Shown: piece by piece, positions 19,291 to 29,848 of the stretch
How the letters are laid out: the number at the start of each line of letters is the position of its first letter
How positions within the stretch are numbered: the first letter of the stretch is position 1
Assembly: GCA_027492035.1 (NCBI GenBank)
Contig: JAOZFT010000004.1
Location: 1-64,000, forward strand
Length of the DNA stretch: 64,000 nt
Source: Thermoproteota archaeon
Lineage (GTDB): Archaea > Korarchaeota > JAOZGF01 > JAOZFZ01
Direction of reading: 5' to 3'
The notes under the pieces: model-generated
Seen by the model: only the letters and a program-made list of their open reading frames with translations
What the model was told of the DNA's origin: nothing
Databases searched by the model: none
Position numbers and translations under genes: made by a program

Positions 19291-20016
19291 TTAAATTTGT
19301 TTAGGAAGCAACTTAACTTTTTTTATTTCTAAGTAGCCCCTTAAACTTTTTTCATCCCAAACTGGTTGAGCCTCCAATATTTCAATCCTTTCCTTAAATA
19401 GTGGACAATCTAAGATTAAAGTTTCATATTCCCCTCCTTCACCGCTGGGGTGCAACCCATATTTCTTGTTTAGAAAAGAAATTCTTTTTATGACTTCGTT
19501 GTTTATTTTTTTGCCTAGCCATTTTTTGGTTAAACCCAATGCTGAAACAGAAACAAAAATTATTTCGAACCCTAATTCAAGTTCTTTTTTCAAAAGGAGG
19601 AGGGGGTCTTTTCCCCATAAAGGAGCTAGACTTTTCAATTTCAATTTTTGACAAACATTGTCTATTCTTCTTTTCTGGTATTGGCTAGCTATTGCACCTG
19701 AAACAACTCCTTCTACTTCATTCTTTATCTTCTCTAAAGCTTTCATTAAATCCTCTAATTCCTTCTCTTTTTCGCCTGAAGATTCAGCGATTAATTGTTT
19801 AACACCCATCGCTTCAGCCTGTAACTTAGTTATTTCTAAAGCTGGGTGATGGAACATCCATGAATCCTTTCTTCGCGGAAAAATAGTCACTAAATATTTT
19901 AGTTCATGCCCCTCCTTGTTTACAAGATAAGCTGAAAAAACAGAGTCTTTACCTCCAGTAAAAAGTACAGCTACTTCCATTTTGAAATAACCCTCCTTTT
20001 CAGTTTCTCTCCACAC
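19291..20016 (-). CDS. dph6: Diphthine--ammonia ligase (true start probably ATG 19980)
   Basis: LFTGGKDS, SWMFH, GAIASQYQ, PLW and GEGGEYET. Confidence 0.92.
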   Translation of the reverse strand: MWRETEKEGYFKMEVAVLFTGGKDSVFSAYLVNKEGHELKYLVTIFPRRKDSWMFHHPALEITKLQAEAMGVKQLIAESSGEKEKELEDLMKALEKIKNEVEGVVSGAIASQYQKRRIDNVCQKLKLKSLAPLWGKDPLLLLKKELELGFEIIFVSVSALGLTKKWLGKKINNEVIKRISFLNKKYGLHPSGEGGEYETLILDCPLFKERIEILEAQPVWDEKSLRGYLEIKKVKLLPKQI

Positions 20017-20197
20017 ACTCCTTTCTCCAGACTTCTTAATTTTTGAGAAGAGGAGAAAAGCCTCTTTAGAAAAGATTTCACTTATTTACTTTCACAGTTA
20101 CATTTTTTAAAAAATTTTTAAAAAGGGCACAAAAATACCTTCTTACCTTCGTAAAGAGTACTTTAGAGGAGAAGTACATTTAAGAGATGTTTAAGAA

Positions 20198-21106
20198 ATG
20201 AAGGTTTTAATAACTGGAGGAGCAGGTTTCATAGGTTCTAATTTGGCTTGGAAACTAGTTGAGAAAGGGTATGAGGTTACGGTTTTAGACAATCTTTTCC
20301 TAGGAAAAACTGAAAATTTGCCGCCAGATGCCCATTTTATTAAAGGAGATGTTAGGGATTACTCTCTCGTTAAAGAGTTAACGAAGGTGGATGTTGTTTT
20401 TCATGAAGCAGCAGCTTCATCAGCCCCAATGTTTGAAGAACCTTTTGAAGCAGTCGAAGTAAACGTTAACGGTTTTGTTAATGTTTTACATGCCTCTTTA
20501 AAAAACAAAGTTAAGAAAGTTATTTATGCAAGCACATCCTCAATTTATGGAAACAACCCTGTACCCCATAGAGAAGATATGAAGGTTAAACCAATAAATT
20601 TCTACAGTGCAACTAAGTTAATGAATGAACACGTTGCTTCAATATATAACTTAAGAGGCTTAGAAACTGTTGGTTTAAGGTATTTCAGCGTGTATGGACC
20701 ACGGGAGAAACATAAAGGAAAATTTGCCAATGTTGTTTCACAGTTTCTGTGGTTAATGCTTAAAAATAAACCCCCTGTGATTTACGGCAGGGGTGAACAG
20801 ACAAGAGACTTTGTTTATGTAGAGGACGTGATTGAAGCTAATATTTTAGCTTTTGAAAAAAATGTTTCAGGGGTTTTTAATGTGGGCACAGGTAAAGAAA
20901 CATCCTTTAATGAATTAGTGAAGTTACTCAATAAAGTTTTGGATAAAGAAATTAAGCCTAAATACGTTGAAAACCCCATCAGAAATTATGTGTACCGAAC
21001 TATGGCAGATGTTACTAAAGCTGAAAAGGAACTTGGGTTTAATCCTAAATACACATTGGAAGGGGGAATAAACAAAATCTTGGAGTTTGAAGGTTTAAAG
21101 TCTTAG
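20198..21106 (+). CDS. NAD-dependent sugar epimerase/dehydratase (extended SDR)
   Basis: GGAGFIGS, YSATK, RYFSVYGPRE and RDFVYVED. Confidence 0.93.
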   Translation: MKVLITGGAGFIGSNLAWKLVEKGYEVTVLDNLFLGKTENLPPDAHFIKGDVRDYSLVKELTKVDVVFHEAAASSAPMFEEPFEAVEVNVNGFVNVLHASLKNKVKKVIYASTSSIYGNNPVPHREDMKVKPINFYSATKLMNEHVASIYNLRGLETVGLRYFSVYGPREKHKGKFANVVSQFLWLMLKNKPPVIYGRGEQTRDFVYVEDVIEANILAFEKNVSGVFNVGTGKETSFNELVKLLNKVLDKEIKPKYVENPIRNYVYRTMADVTKAEKELGFNPKYTLEGGINKILEFEGLKS

Positions 21107-21129
21107 TTTATGAAAAGGAGGTTTCATTC

Positions 21130-22506
21130 ATGATTCAAGACATAGAGAAACATATTCAGAAAATTATCCAGAATCTTCTGGACGGGAAAGAGAAGATTTC
21201 AGTCTATGGTTTAGGACATGTAGGTTTACCTATGGCTTTAGTTTGGTTAAGAAGGGGAGTAAAGGTTTTGGGAGTAGACATTGACAAAGGGAAGGTTGAC
21301 AAAATTAACCGTGGAGAATCCCCTTTAATGGATGAAGAAACTTTTCCTGGCCTTGTTAAAAGGTTTGTGATGGCAGGTAAGTTTAAGGCTACTGTTAACG
21401 GGGTTGAAGCCTCTAAAAAGTCTGTTGTTAAAATAGTTACTGTCCCCACTTGGTTAGATGAAAATAGAAAATGCAACCTTTCAGCTTTAAAAGAAACACT
21501 GAAATCCATAGGGAAGGGACTGAAACTTGGAGACACAGTAATAGTTGAACCAACTGTTCCACCAACCACAACTAAAACTTTAGCTAAAGAAACACTTGAG
21601 AAAGAAAGTGGATTAAAAGTTGAGGATGACTTTTTCCTCGCCTACAGCCCTGAAAGAGTGTTTATTGGCAGGGCGATTGCCGACATAGAAGTAAATTACC
21701 CTAAAATTGTGGGAGGTTACGGAGTTAGAAGCGGAAAAATGGTTCATGCCCTATACAGCTTAATTGCTAAAAAGGGAGTTAAGTTAATGTCCGACTCAAC
21801 AACTGCTGAAGTAACAAAAATCTTTGAAGGAATATATAGAGACGTTAACATAGCTTTAGCTAATGAATTAGCAAAACTGACAAGCAGTTTAGGCCTTAAT
21901 TTCCTGGAAATAAGGGAAGCTGCTAACAGTCAAAAATATTGCCACTTACATTTCCCAGGGTGCGGTGTAGGAGGAGCATGCATTCCTTACTATCCCTACT
22001 ACGCAATGGAAATAGCTGAAAAGAAGGATATACAGTTAAGGTTGACAAAAATTGGAAGGGAAATAAATGAAAACATGCCCCACCTCTGCATTTCTTATGC
22101 AATGGATCTTTTCAAGAAAACAGGCAAGGAAGCAAATAAATCTTCAGCTGCTGTTTTAGGTTTAGCCTTTAGGGGAGATGTAGCTGACACAAGGGAATCC
22201 CCTTCCTACATAATTATTAAAGAGCTTATCGAAAAATTCGGGAACGTAAAGGTTCAAGATCCTTACGTTAAGGATGACTTAAAGATTGAGAAGTTAGGTG
22301 CCGAACAAGTTGAAGAAGTAAATGAAGCAATTAAAAACGTTGACTTAATCGTGATAGTTACAGACCATAGTGTTTACCGAAAATTGACTCTTGAAGAAAT
22401 TTCGCTATCAGCAAACAAACCTGTAGCAGTTTTAGATGGAAGGAACATAATTAAAAAAGGGAAGACTTCACCAGAAGGGGTTTTTTACAGGGGTATAGGA
22501 GTTTAA
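21130..22506 (+). CDS. UDP-sugar 6-dehydrogenase (WecC/WbpA-like)
   Basis: GLGHVGLP, PTVPPTTT, SPER, GVGGACIP and DTRESPS. Confidence 0.92.
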   Translation: MIQDIEKHIQKIIQNLLDGKEKISVYGLGHVGLPMALVWLRRGVKVLGVDIDKGKVDKINRGESPLMDEETFPGLVKRFVMAGKFKATVNGVEASKKSVVKIVTVPTWLDENRKCNLSALKETLKSIGKGLKLGDTVIVEPTVPPTTTKTLAKETLEKESGLKVEDDFFLAYSPERVFIGRAIADIEVNYPKIVGGYGVRSGKMVHALYSLIAKKGVKLMSDSTTAEVTKIFEGIYRDVNIALANELAKLTSSLGLNFLEIREAANSQKYCHLHFPGCGVGGACIPYYPYYAMEIAEKKDIQLRLTKIGREINENMPHLCISYAMDLFKKTGKEANKSSAAVLGLAFRGDVADTRESPSYIIIKELIEKFGNVKVQDPYVKDDLKIEKLGAEQVEEVNEAIKNVDLIVIVTDHSVYRKLTLEEISLSANKPVAVLDGRNIIKKGKTSPEGVFYRGIGV

Positions 22507-22511
22507 GCCCT

Positions 22512-23963
22512 TTACTTTGTAGCTAATTCAACAAGTTCTTCTACATTACCCAGTATAACTTCTAGTTTAGAGAACGTTTTCAAGTACCTAGCTGCCTTAG
22601 AAGAATCTGTTCCCACAACTCGGTAGCCGATTTCTTTTAACGGGCTTGTGACCATGCAAGTGTCTGAATAGATCTCAACCCCTTTCCTCCCTAACTCCTC
22701 CTTTAAACCATTTCTTTCCAAGAAAACCTTGTTAGCCTTATTTGTGTAAATATGAAACCTGCAACCTTTAACTTTAGTTTTACGATTTCTAAACAATTCA
22801 ATTACTTTCAAAATTTCTTTTAAGGAGTAGTGAGGGCAACCTAAAGCCACTAAATCTGGTTTCCCATTTACAGTGGATAACTTCTCCTTAACCTCAACCA
22901 ATTCTTCCCTCCCAACCTTTACCTGAGGCAGTTCCTGAGAAACATCTTTAACATCTTCTTTTTTAAAATAAAACATTTCAAGTTTACCTGAAGCTGCTGC
23001 AGCTGCACCTAAAGCTTTTAATTCATCTTTATCCGCTTCACTCACTTCTTTAATGTAGACAGGGCCGCTGAAACGTTCACCAATCCAGTAACCCAGTAAA
23101 CCATACTCATACCCTTTAATCCTGTTTTCTAAAGTAATTTTTGTTTTAGGTACCCTATTCTCTCTTTTATGCATTCCATAATTAGGAGTTACGCCAGCTA
23201 TTGCAGAAATTAAACTTTTTATTCCTCCCTCTCTGTTAGTTTTTAAACCAAGCACTGAGTTAGCATAAACCACAGCTGAGGATTCACTCCATGAAACACT
23301 TGATCCCCTTAATGGACAGTTACCTACAAGATAAGGGGTACAGGTGCAAGTTGAGATGACACCTAATTTTCTGAACAAATTTATTATTTCTATTTGTTTC
23401 TCCACAAACTGTGTAGGTATTCCTTGTTTTAAATGATCCTCTAAATCCATTCCTGCAGGGTTTAATGTGGTCAAAACCTTGACTTTATACCCTTTCCCAA
23501 CTAAACTACGTAAGAAGTTTAAGCCGTAATCCTTTATTGTTAGGTAAGAGACACCTGACACGTGGGCAGAGGCGATAGGGATTAGTTCATCTCCTCCATT
23601 GCTTTCACAATCAATTTTCAAGTAAGAACTTATTTCTTCCGGTAAGTTACTTAGGGAACGTAAGGAATGGGGGGAAAGTTTAGCTTTTTTAGTTAACACT
23701 TCAACTTCTACACCTGCAAGGACAGCTGGGAAAGTTATGGAATCAGATTTTTCCAGAACAATTTTTTTCGGTGTTTTCTTGTTTTTCTTTAAACCAAAAA
23801 AAACATAGGAGCCTACCGTTGAACCTGTAGAGTAGGGGATTTTAAGGATTTTCCCTGCAATGCTTACGCCTTTCAAGTCATGATTCTCCTGCACTATTTC
23901 TCCTGTTTCTACATTTACCCCATCCAACCAAGAAATTGGTTTTTTAGATTCTAAAATTTCCAC
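22512..23963 (-). CDS. Aconitase X, fused swivel (DUF126) and catalytic (DUF521) domains; probable phosphomevalonate dehydratase
   Basis: N-terminal PIS..GV..TG.I...H.L.G.SIAGKIL..P..GSTVGSY; then HVSGVSY, TTLNP, TCTPY, WSESSAV, TNREGG, GCPH and DTC. Confidence 0.88.
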   Translation of the reverse strand: MEILESKKPISWLDGVNVETGEIVQENHDLKGVSIAGKILKIPYSTGSTVGSYVFFGLKKNKKTPKKIVLEKSDSITFPAVLAGVEVEVLTKKAKLSPHSLRSLSNLPEEISSYLKIDCESNGGDELIPIASAHVSGVSYLTIKDYGLNFLRSLVGKGYKVKVLTTLNPAGMDLEDHLKQGIPTQFVEKQIEIINLFRKLGVISTCTCTPYLVGNCPLRGSSVSWSESSAVVYANSVLGLKTNREGGIKSLISAIAGVTPNYGMHKRENRVPKTKITLENRIKGYEYGLLGYWIGERFSGPVYIKEVSEADKDELKALGAAAAASGKLEMFYFKKEDVKDVSQELPQVKVGREELVEVKEKLSTVNGKPDLVALGCPHYSLKEILKVIELFRNRKTKVKGCRFHIYTNKANKVFLERNGLKEELGRKGVEIYSDTCMVTSPLKEIGYRVVGTDSSKAARYLKTFSKLEVILGNVEELVELATK

Positions 23964-24253
23964 TTAACTCCCCTCTTAATGAATAGAGAAATTACAACAA
24001 AAATAAAAATTTTTTCCAAGCAGCTTTTTAAGTTCATAGGGAAAAAAAGGAGTTTTGATAACTCCAAGAAAAATAAATCAGAAAGAGAGTTACGGTTAAA
24101 GAAGAATCGTGTCCAGTAGTGACTATTTGTTTTTTAGAATTTTGAAAAAAGAGAGAAATTGTTCATAAAGTTTTTAATGAAGAAAGTAAGGGAGTATAGG
24201 GGTAACATAATTAGAAACTAAAAAAGTTATGTAGAAATGGAAAGGGGGAGTTT

Positions 24254-25372
24254 TTGAAAATAGCTTTCTTCTCCAAGCTCTTTTCTGTAGGAGGAACTGA
24301 AAAGCACGTTTATGAATTAGCTAAACATTTTTCAATGCTTGGGGAGGAAGTTCGAGTTTACACTTCCTTTTTTGGCGAAGAGAAAAAATTCAGGTTTGGA
24401 GGGTTTAAGGTAGTTAATTTGCCTTGCTTAGCCTCTCTCAAAAATTATTATTATTTTTCAAAGGTTTTGACACCTAAAAAGGTTATTTACTTTCTGAAGA
24501 GGGAGAAACCTGATATTGTACATGCTCACTTATTCTCTTTATCCACCGAGTTTGTTTTACCTAAAGTGAAAACTGGAACCATTCCTTTAGTGTTGACTCC
24601 TCACATATCTGTTGGAAGGGGTTTATTTGGAAGGTTAATAGGTGAGTTCAGTATTAAACTTGTTAAGAGTTTTTTTAAGGAAGCTGATGCCATTATAGCT
24701 GTAACCCCTCAATTAAGGTTCTTCCTTGAAAAGAGAAAAGTTAAAGTTTCAAGAGTTATACCTAATGGGGTTGACACCGATAAATTCAGTCCAGGGAAAA
24801 GCAACTTCAAAAAAGAAATAGAAGCAGATAAAACAATTGTGTTCGTTGGAAGAGTATCTCCAGAAAAAAACCTTGTTTCACTTTTTAAAGCTTTTTCATT
24901 GATTTCAAGGACAAAAAGAAACGTTAAACTAGTGATAGTTGGCAAGGGACCTTTACTGGAAACCTATAAACGGAAGTTTTCCTCTGGAAAAATTATTTTT
25001 ACAGGTTATGTTGAAGAAAAGAGACTTATCGATATTTTGAGGTCTGCAGATGTCTTCGCCTTTCCAAGTTTGGCTGAAGCACAAGGGATAGCATGTTTAG
25101 AAGCCATGTCCTGCGGTGTACCGGTGGTTGCTTCAAACATTGGAGGAGTACCTTACAACTTAAAATGGGGTGGAGGGAAACTGGTGAACCCTTTAAAGCC
25201 GAAGGAAATAGCTGAAAAAATTCTTTTTTACCTTGAAAATGAAGAAATAGCTAAGGCAGACGGAATTAAAGGGAGGGAGATAGTTGAAAGAAGATTTTCT
25301 TGGCAGAAAGTGTGCAAAGAAACCCTTAGCCTTTATAAAGAGCTTTTAAGCCTAAAACTTGGTTCTCCTTAG
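24254..25372 (+). CDS. GT4 family glycosyltransferase
   Basis: GGTEKH, PNGVD, FVGR..EKN and EAQGIACLEAMSCG.PVVAS..GG. Confidence 0.93.
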   Translation: MKIAFFSKLFSVGGTEKHVYELAKHFSMLGEEVRVYTSFFGEEKKFRFGGFKVVNLPCLASLKNYYYFSKVLTPKKVIYFLKREKPDIVHAHLFSLSTEFVLPKVKTGTIPLVLTPHISVGRGLFGRLIGEFSIKLVKSFFKEADAIIAVTPQLRFFLEKRKVKVSRVIPNGVDTDKFSPGKSNFKKEIEADKTIVFVGRVSPEKNLVSLFKAFSLISRTKRNVKLVIVGKGPLLETYKRKFSSGKIIFTGYVEEKRLIDILRSADVFAFPSLAEAQGIACLEAMSCGVPVVASNIGGVPYNLKWGGGKLVNPLKPKEIAEKILFYLENEEIAKADGIKGREIVERRFSWQKVCKETLSLYKELLSLKLGSP

Positions 25373-25792
25373 GTTCTTATCGATTTCCCTCTTCAAGCCA
25401 GCGTAACCTATGGCACCAGTTATTACATCTACAGGTTTCCCTTTCTTGAAGAAAATAAAGGTTGGAATACTATAAACATTATACCTCTTGGCAGTTAAGG
25501 GGTTCTCTTCAACGTTCAATTTAGCAACAAAAACTTTTCCTTTATATTCCTTAGCTAATTGATCAACCACCGGTGCCATTATTCTGCAAGGCATACACCA
25601 TGAAGCCCAGAAATCTACAAGAGTTAAGTAACTTCCTGTTTCAGCCATGAACTTATCAAAGCTTGAGTCTGTCAAGTGATGAACCGAGCCCTCCGGCTTA
25701 ATTTCTTTCCGTTGAGTTTTTTCTGTTAGCCTCTTCACTTCTCTTTTCAGAATTTCCATTTTTAATTTTTCCAATTCTTCATCTTCAGCCAT
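25352..25792 (-). CDS. trxA: Thioredoxin
   Basis: VDFWASWCMPC and SIPT. Confidence 0.95.
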   Translation of the reverse strand: MAEDEELEKLKMEILKREVKRLTEKTQRKEIKPEGSVHHLTDSSFDKFMAETGSYLTLVDFWASWCMPCRIMAPVVDQLAKEYKGKVFVAKLNVEENPLTAKRYNVYSIPTFIFFKKGKPVDVITGAIGYAGLKREIDKNLRRTKF

Positions 25793-25983
25793 GTTTAACT
25801 GTTCCTCCTTTTTATTTTTTCTTCTGAACCTTTTCGGAGAAACTTATTAGCTAGATATTTAATTAGAGATTATTTTTCTAACAGCCTCACCTTTAAAAAT
25901 CTTCATATCCCTCTTTACTTTGAAAAAGTCAGCTAAGAAAATAAACATTTTACATTTTCAAGAAAGACAAAAAGATTTTAGAA

Positions 25984-26475
25984 ATGCCTTTCTGGGGTTA
26001 TATTGAAGTGTTAGAGAAATACAGAGTGTTTAACCCGAAAAAAATAATTGAGGCTGCATTATTTATTTCTTCTAAGCCTTTAACAACAGAAACTCTTTCA
26101 GAATTAACTGGATTAAAAGGAAAAGAAGTTCGAAAAATAGTTTCAGAACTTGTTGAAGAATATAAAGATAAACCATTCAGTATTTTCCCTTTAAATAAAG
26201 GATACTTAATGAAACTGAAAGATGAATATATTCCATTTGTGAGGGAATTAATCCCTGAAATTAGTCTTTCAAAAGTTGAAATGAAAACTTTGGCCGTTAT
26301 TTTCTTTAATGAACCGATAAAACAGGCTGAACTTGTCAAAATAAGGGGGAATTCAGCATATAAGCATATTAAAAAACTTGTTAAGAAAGAACTTGTTAAC
26401 GTAACTAGAAGAAAGGGGGTAAAAATTGTTAAAACAACTGAAAAATTCAAAAGACTTTTCCTGATCCGTAAATAG
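25984..26475 (+). CDS. scpB: SMC-Scp complex subunit ScpB
   Basis: IEAALF.S..PL, LS...KTLAVI...PIKQAEL..IRG and TTEKF...F. Confidence 0.9.
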   Translation: MPFWGYIEVLEKYRVFNPKKIIEAALFISSKPLTTETLSELTGLKGKEVRKIVSELVEEYKDKPFSIFPLNKGYLMKLKDEYIPFVRELIPEISLSKVEMKTLAVIFFNEPIKQAELVKIRGNSAYKHIKKLVKKELVNVTRRKGVKIVKTTEKFKRLFLIRK

Positions 26476-26486
26476 CACAGGAGAAA

Positions 26487-27638
26487 CTAAGGGGGTTCTG
26501 TTTCAGAAAATTTTTGGTAAAATGAGAAAAGAAGCGTTAAAAGAATAAACGCTACGTTGATAGTTACTATATTGGTTTTCGTTTGGTTTGAGAAAAAGCT
26601 GTAGCTAATAGGTCCTAGAAAATAACCGAGACTCCATAAAGAGTTAGAAATACCCATGATTACAGCTTGTCTACTTTCCCCAACTATGTAAGACAAGTAA
26701 TTTGTACTGTATACCGTGTTTAACCCAGCTATTACGCCAAATAAAGAAGTTACCAGGAAGGGTATGAAATGTTGTTGAAGATTAGTTGTTATGGAGATTA
26801 CTAAACCAAGAGCAAGCGTTAAAACAGGGAGGAGTGTGGACACTTTCTTCACACTGAAAAATTTAGGGAAGAAAACCTGTGAAAAAACACTTGTTAAGTA
26901 GTAGAGAGTAAGCATTACTCCCAAGAGGGCTGTTTCAACTTTCCAAAAAATTAACCATTCTGCCCCATATGTCTGAATTATGCTTTCTAAAACCCCAACC
27001 ATCACCACTAAAAGAGCCGGAAAAGAAAAATTAAGAAACGTAAAATTTATTTTCCCCTTTCCATGGCCCCCATTTCTTCTTTTTGTTTCTTCCGTTGAAA
27101 AATGAATTTCAGAAAGCAGGACTGAAGTTGTTAACGAAGCTAAGGTAAAAAGTAGGAAGGGGGCTGCCTCATTGAAAAAGATAATTATTAAAGTATTTAG
27201 GAGTGGGCCAAGCACAGCTCCTACTCCTAAAGCTGCAAAATACAAACCTAAAGCCTTAAACCTTCCTCTATTTTCAATTTTAACAATAAGGGTCATTAAA
27301 CTCGTGAAGAAAAAGATTTCCAAAGCTCCTTGAACAAGTCTTAAAACAATAAAGGCTGGGATTGTTTGGAAGAAGAAGAAGCTTAACCCTATAGCTCCTG
27401 TTGAAAGAGATGAAATTACACATATTTCCTTTTCTCTCCTAATTTTAGATATTATCAAGCCTGAAGGTAACCCAAGTAAACCAAAAGAAAGAGAGAAGGA
27501 TGAAAAAACCATGGCTGTCTCTATTTCTGACTTAGCTAGTTTTTTTGAAATGAGGGCTAGGGAGGGGAGAGTAGCTGAAACCCCAACAACAAAAATTAAA
27601 GCTGCTGTAATTGACAGCATCAACCTTTCTTCTTTCAT
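26487..27638 (-). CDS. MFS transporter
   Basis: About 12 hydrophobic segments; RLVQG, G.VLGP and LG..LGP motifs. Confidence 0.85.
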   Translation of the reverse strand: MKEERLMLSITAALIFVVGVSATLPSLALISKKLAKSEIETAMVFSSFSLSFGLLGLPSGLIISKIRREKEICVISSLSTGAIGLSFFFFQTIPAFIVLRLVQGALEIFFFTSLMTLIVKIENRGRFKALGLYFAALGVGAVLGPLLNTLIIIFFNEAAPFLLFTLASLTTSVLLSEIHFSTEETKRRNGGHGKGKINFTFLNFSFPALLVVMVGVLESIIQTYGAEWLIFWKVETALLGVMLTLYYLTSVFSQVFFPKFFSVKKVSTLLPVLTLALGLVISITTNLQQHFIPFLVTSLFGVIAGLNTVYSTNYLSYIVGESRQAVIMGISNSLWSLGYFLGPISYSFFSNQTKTNIVTINVAFILLTLLFSFYQKFSETEPP

Positions 27639-27645
27639 TTGAACA

Positions 27646-28974
27646 TCAATTTACTTCATTTAAAAGCAGAAAGTTCTCTATTTTACTATTTGCTCGGGCT
27701 AGGAAAGGTTCCTCACTGAATTTTAAAAATTCACCATCCTTAACTACAACTTCTCCATTTATTATAACTGTTGAAACATCTCTGCCACTGGCTGAGTAAA
27801 CCAAATGGGAAATTATTTCTTTTTTAGGTGTAAACCACGGTTTCTTCAGATTTATCAGGATTAAATCAGCCCTTTTTCCCTCACTTAACGACCCTATTTC
27901 TTTCTCTAAACCAAGTATTCGAGCTGCGTCAATAGTAACTGACTTAAGAACCTGAAAAGGAGGTAGAAATGAGGGATCTTTTAATATCCCCTTTTGAAGG
28001 AGAGATGCCAGTTTCATTTCGAAAAATAAATCTTGTCCATTATTGCTCGCTGCACCATCTGTTCCAAGCCCGATTTTCACATTTTCTTTCAGGAAAAGAT
28101 TTAGTGGCGCCACTCCATTCGCAAGTTTCAAATTACTACTTGGACAATGAACAATTGAAACACCGTATTTGGCAAGAGTTGAAACGTCTGTTTCAGTAAG
28201 ATACACTCCATGCGCAAGCAACAGGTTTTTATCTAAGTAACCTATATCCTCCATAAGTTCCACTTCTGTTTTCCCAAATTTCCTTTTGCAAAGATGTACG
28301 TTTAACTTATTCTCAGCTACGTGTGAGTGAAGGATCAAGTTTTTTTCGGCAGCTACTTCAGCTGACTTAGCCATTAATTCAGGTGAACTTGAGGGAAACC
28401 CACAAGGAGCTAAACCTAACATTACCCTGCCTTCCCTATTTTTATGCCACTTCTTGTAAACAACTTGAAAATTCTTAATTTGTTTATCTACGCTTTCAAT
28501 TTTCTGTCCAGGCACTTCAACTGTGTCTGCAAGAACTACTGTTAATATAAGCCTTATACCTGTTTCCACAGCTGCCTTAATTACTTGCTCCGGGAATGAT
28601 TCCATATCAACTGTTAAAGTTATGCCATTCTTTATTTTTTCAAGAAACGAAATTTTGGAACCTATAAAGCATATTTCCTCGTCAAATTTTTCATAAAGTT
28701 TAGAGGTTAGGTTTAACCAATCCATTAACCCTCTTCCATCACAAACTCCCCTTAAAACAGATTGTGTGGAGTGGTTATGTAGGTCTATTAAGCCAGGTAA
28801 TGCAACGCTACCTCTTCCATTAATTACTTCATCAATTACCCAATTCTTCATTAGTTTCTGGGTTTCACCTATTTCAACAATCTTGCCATCTTCAATAACC
28901 ATTGACTTGTTTTTCAGTAAAGCTTTTTCGTCCATTGTTAAAATGTAGTCTATGTCCTTAATTAATAAAGGCAT
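27646..28974 (-). CDS. Amidohydrolase, MTA/SAH (nucleoside) deaminase-like
   Basis: PGLIDLHNH, HSHVAE, AHGV, HCPSSNLKL and GTDGAASNN. Confidence 0.9.
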   Translation of the reverse strand: MPLLIKDIDYILTMDEKALLKNKSMVIEDGKIVEIGETQKLMKNWVIDEVINGRGSVALPGLIDLHNHSTQSVLRGVCDGRGLMDWLNLTSKLYEKFDEEICFIGSKISFLEKIKNGITLTVDMESFPEQVIKAAVETGIRLILTVVLADTVEVPGQKIESVDKQIKNFQVVYKKWHKNREGRVMLGLAPCGFPSSSPELMAKSAEVAAEKNLILHSHVAENKLNVHLCKRKFGKTEVELMEDIGYLDKNLLLAHGVYLTETDVSTLAKYGVSIVHCPSSNLKLANGVAPLNLFLKENVKIGLGTDGAASNNGQDLFFEMKLASLLQKGILKDPSFLPPFQVLKSVTIDAARILGLEKEIGSLSEGKRADLILINLKKPWFTPKKEIISHLVYSASGRDVSTVIINGEVVVKDGEFLKFSEEPFLARANSKIENFLLLNEVN

Positions 28975-29736
28975 TTATTCACCCTCCTTTTTTCTCTTAA
29001 GCAAAACCAAAGCTTCCAGGGCTGCTTTTATTGTTTTCTTTTCACCTTCAAAGGTTTTCCTTTCCAATTCAGCAAACTGTGCTATTCCTTTACTAACCTC
29101 TTCTCCGAATTTAACAACGTTGTTTAGGACGGAGCCTGTAAAAAGGTTTTTAAGGGACCCCAAAACAAATAGGGTTGTTGTTTCCATGTCGTTACAAACT
29201 ACGTTTTTTTGAGACCAGTAATTGAGGGTTTCCTCTTCATCGGGAATGTAGAATGAGTCATGGCTTCTCCCTATACCTGTAAAAAATCTAAATTTCAATT
29301 TCTTTGCAGCTTCAACCAATGCATTAAAAACTTCAGGGTGTGCAACAGCTGGGTATATTTCAGGTACGTACATTTTCGTTGTTCCATCTTCCCTCACTGC
29401 AGCGTAGGGAATAACTAAGTCTCCAATATCTATCCCTTTTTTTGAAGCACCGCAGCTTCCAACCCTTATGAAAAATCTAACTCCGATCTTGCTTAATTCC
29501 TCTAAAGCTATACAAGTACTTGGCCCTCCTATGCCTGTGGAAGTAACCGTAACTTCTACACCTTTATAAAACCCTTTAACTGTGTAGAATTCCCTGTTTC
29601 TAGCAACTTCAACTTTATCAGTTAAAAAGGCACTTATCCTGTCCACTCTCCCAGGATCTCCTGGAAGGATAGCGAATTCTGAGACATCTTTTTCAGAGCA
29701 AAAAATATGAGGCTGCCTACCTTTCATTTTTTCCAT
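28975..29736 (-). CDS. udp: Uridine/nucleoside phosphorylase
   Basis: PGDPGR, REF, STGIGGPS, RVGSCG, HDSFY and DME. Confidence 0.85.
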   Translation of the reverse strand: MEKMKGRQPHIFCSEKDVSEFAILPGDPGRVDRISAFLTDKVEVARNREFYTVKGFYKGVEVTVTSTGIGGPSTCIALEELSKIGVRFFIRVGSCGASKKGIDIGDLVIPYAAVREDGTTKMYVPEIYPAVAHPEVFNALVEAAKKLKFRFFTGIGRSHDSFYIPDEEETLNYWSQKNVVCNDMETTTLFVLGSLKNLFTGSVLNNVVKFGEEVSKGIAQFAELERKTFEGEKKTIKAALEALVLLKRKKEGE

Positions 29737-29848
29737 TACCTCCTTTTCTACTTCGCTTTTTAAGATGCAATTTCTGGCTAAGATAAAATTAAAAGTTTAT
29801 TTAAAAAGGGAGATAAATGAAGAAAATTGAAAAAAGGAAGGTTTAGAA

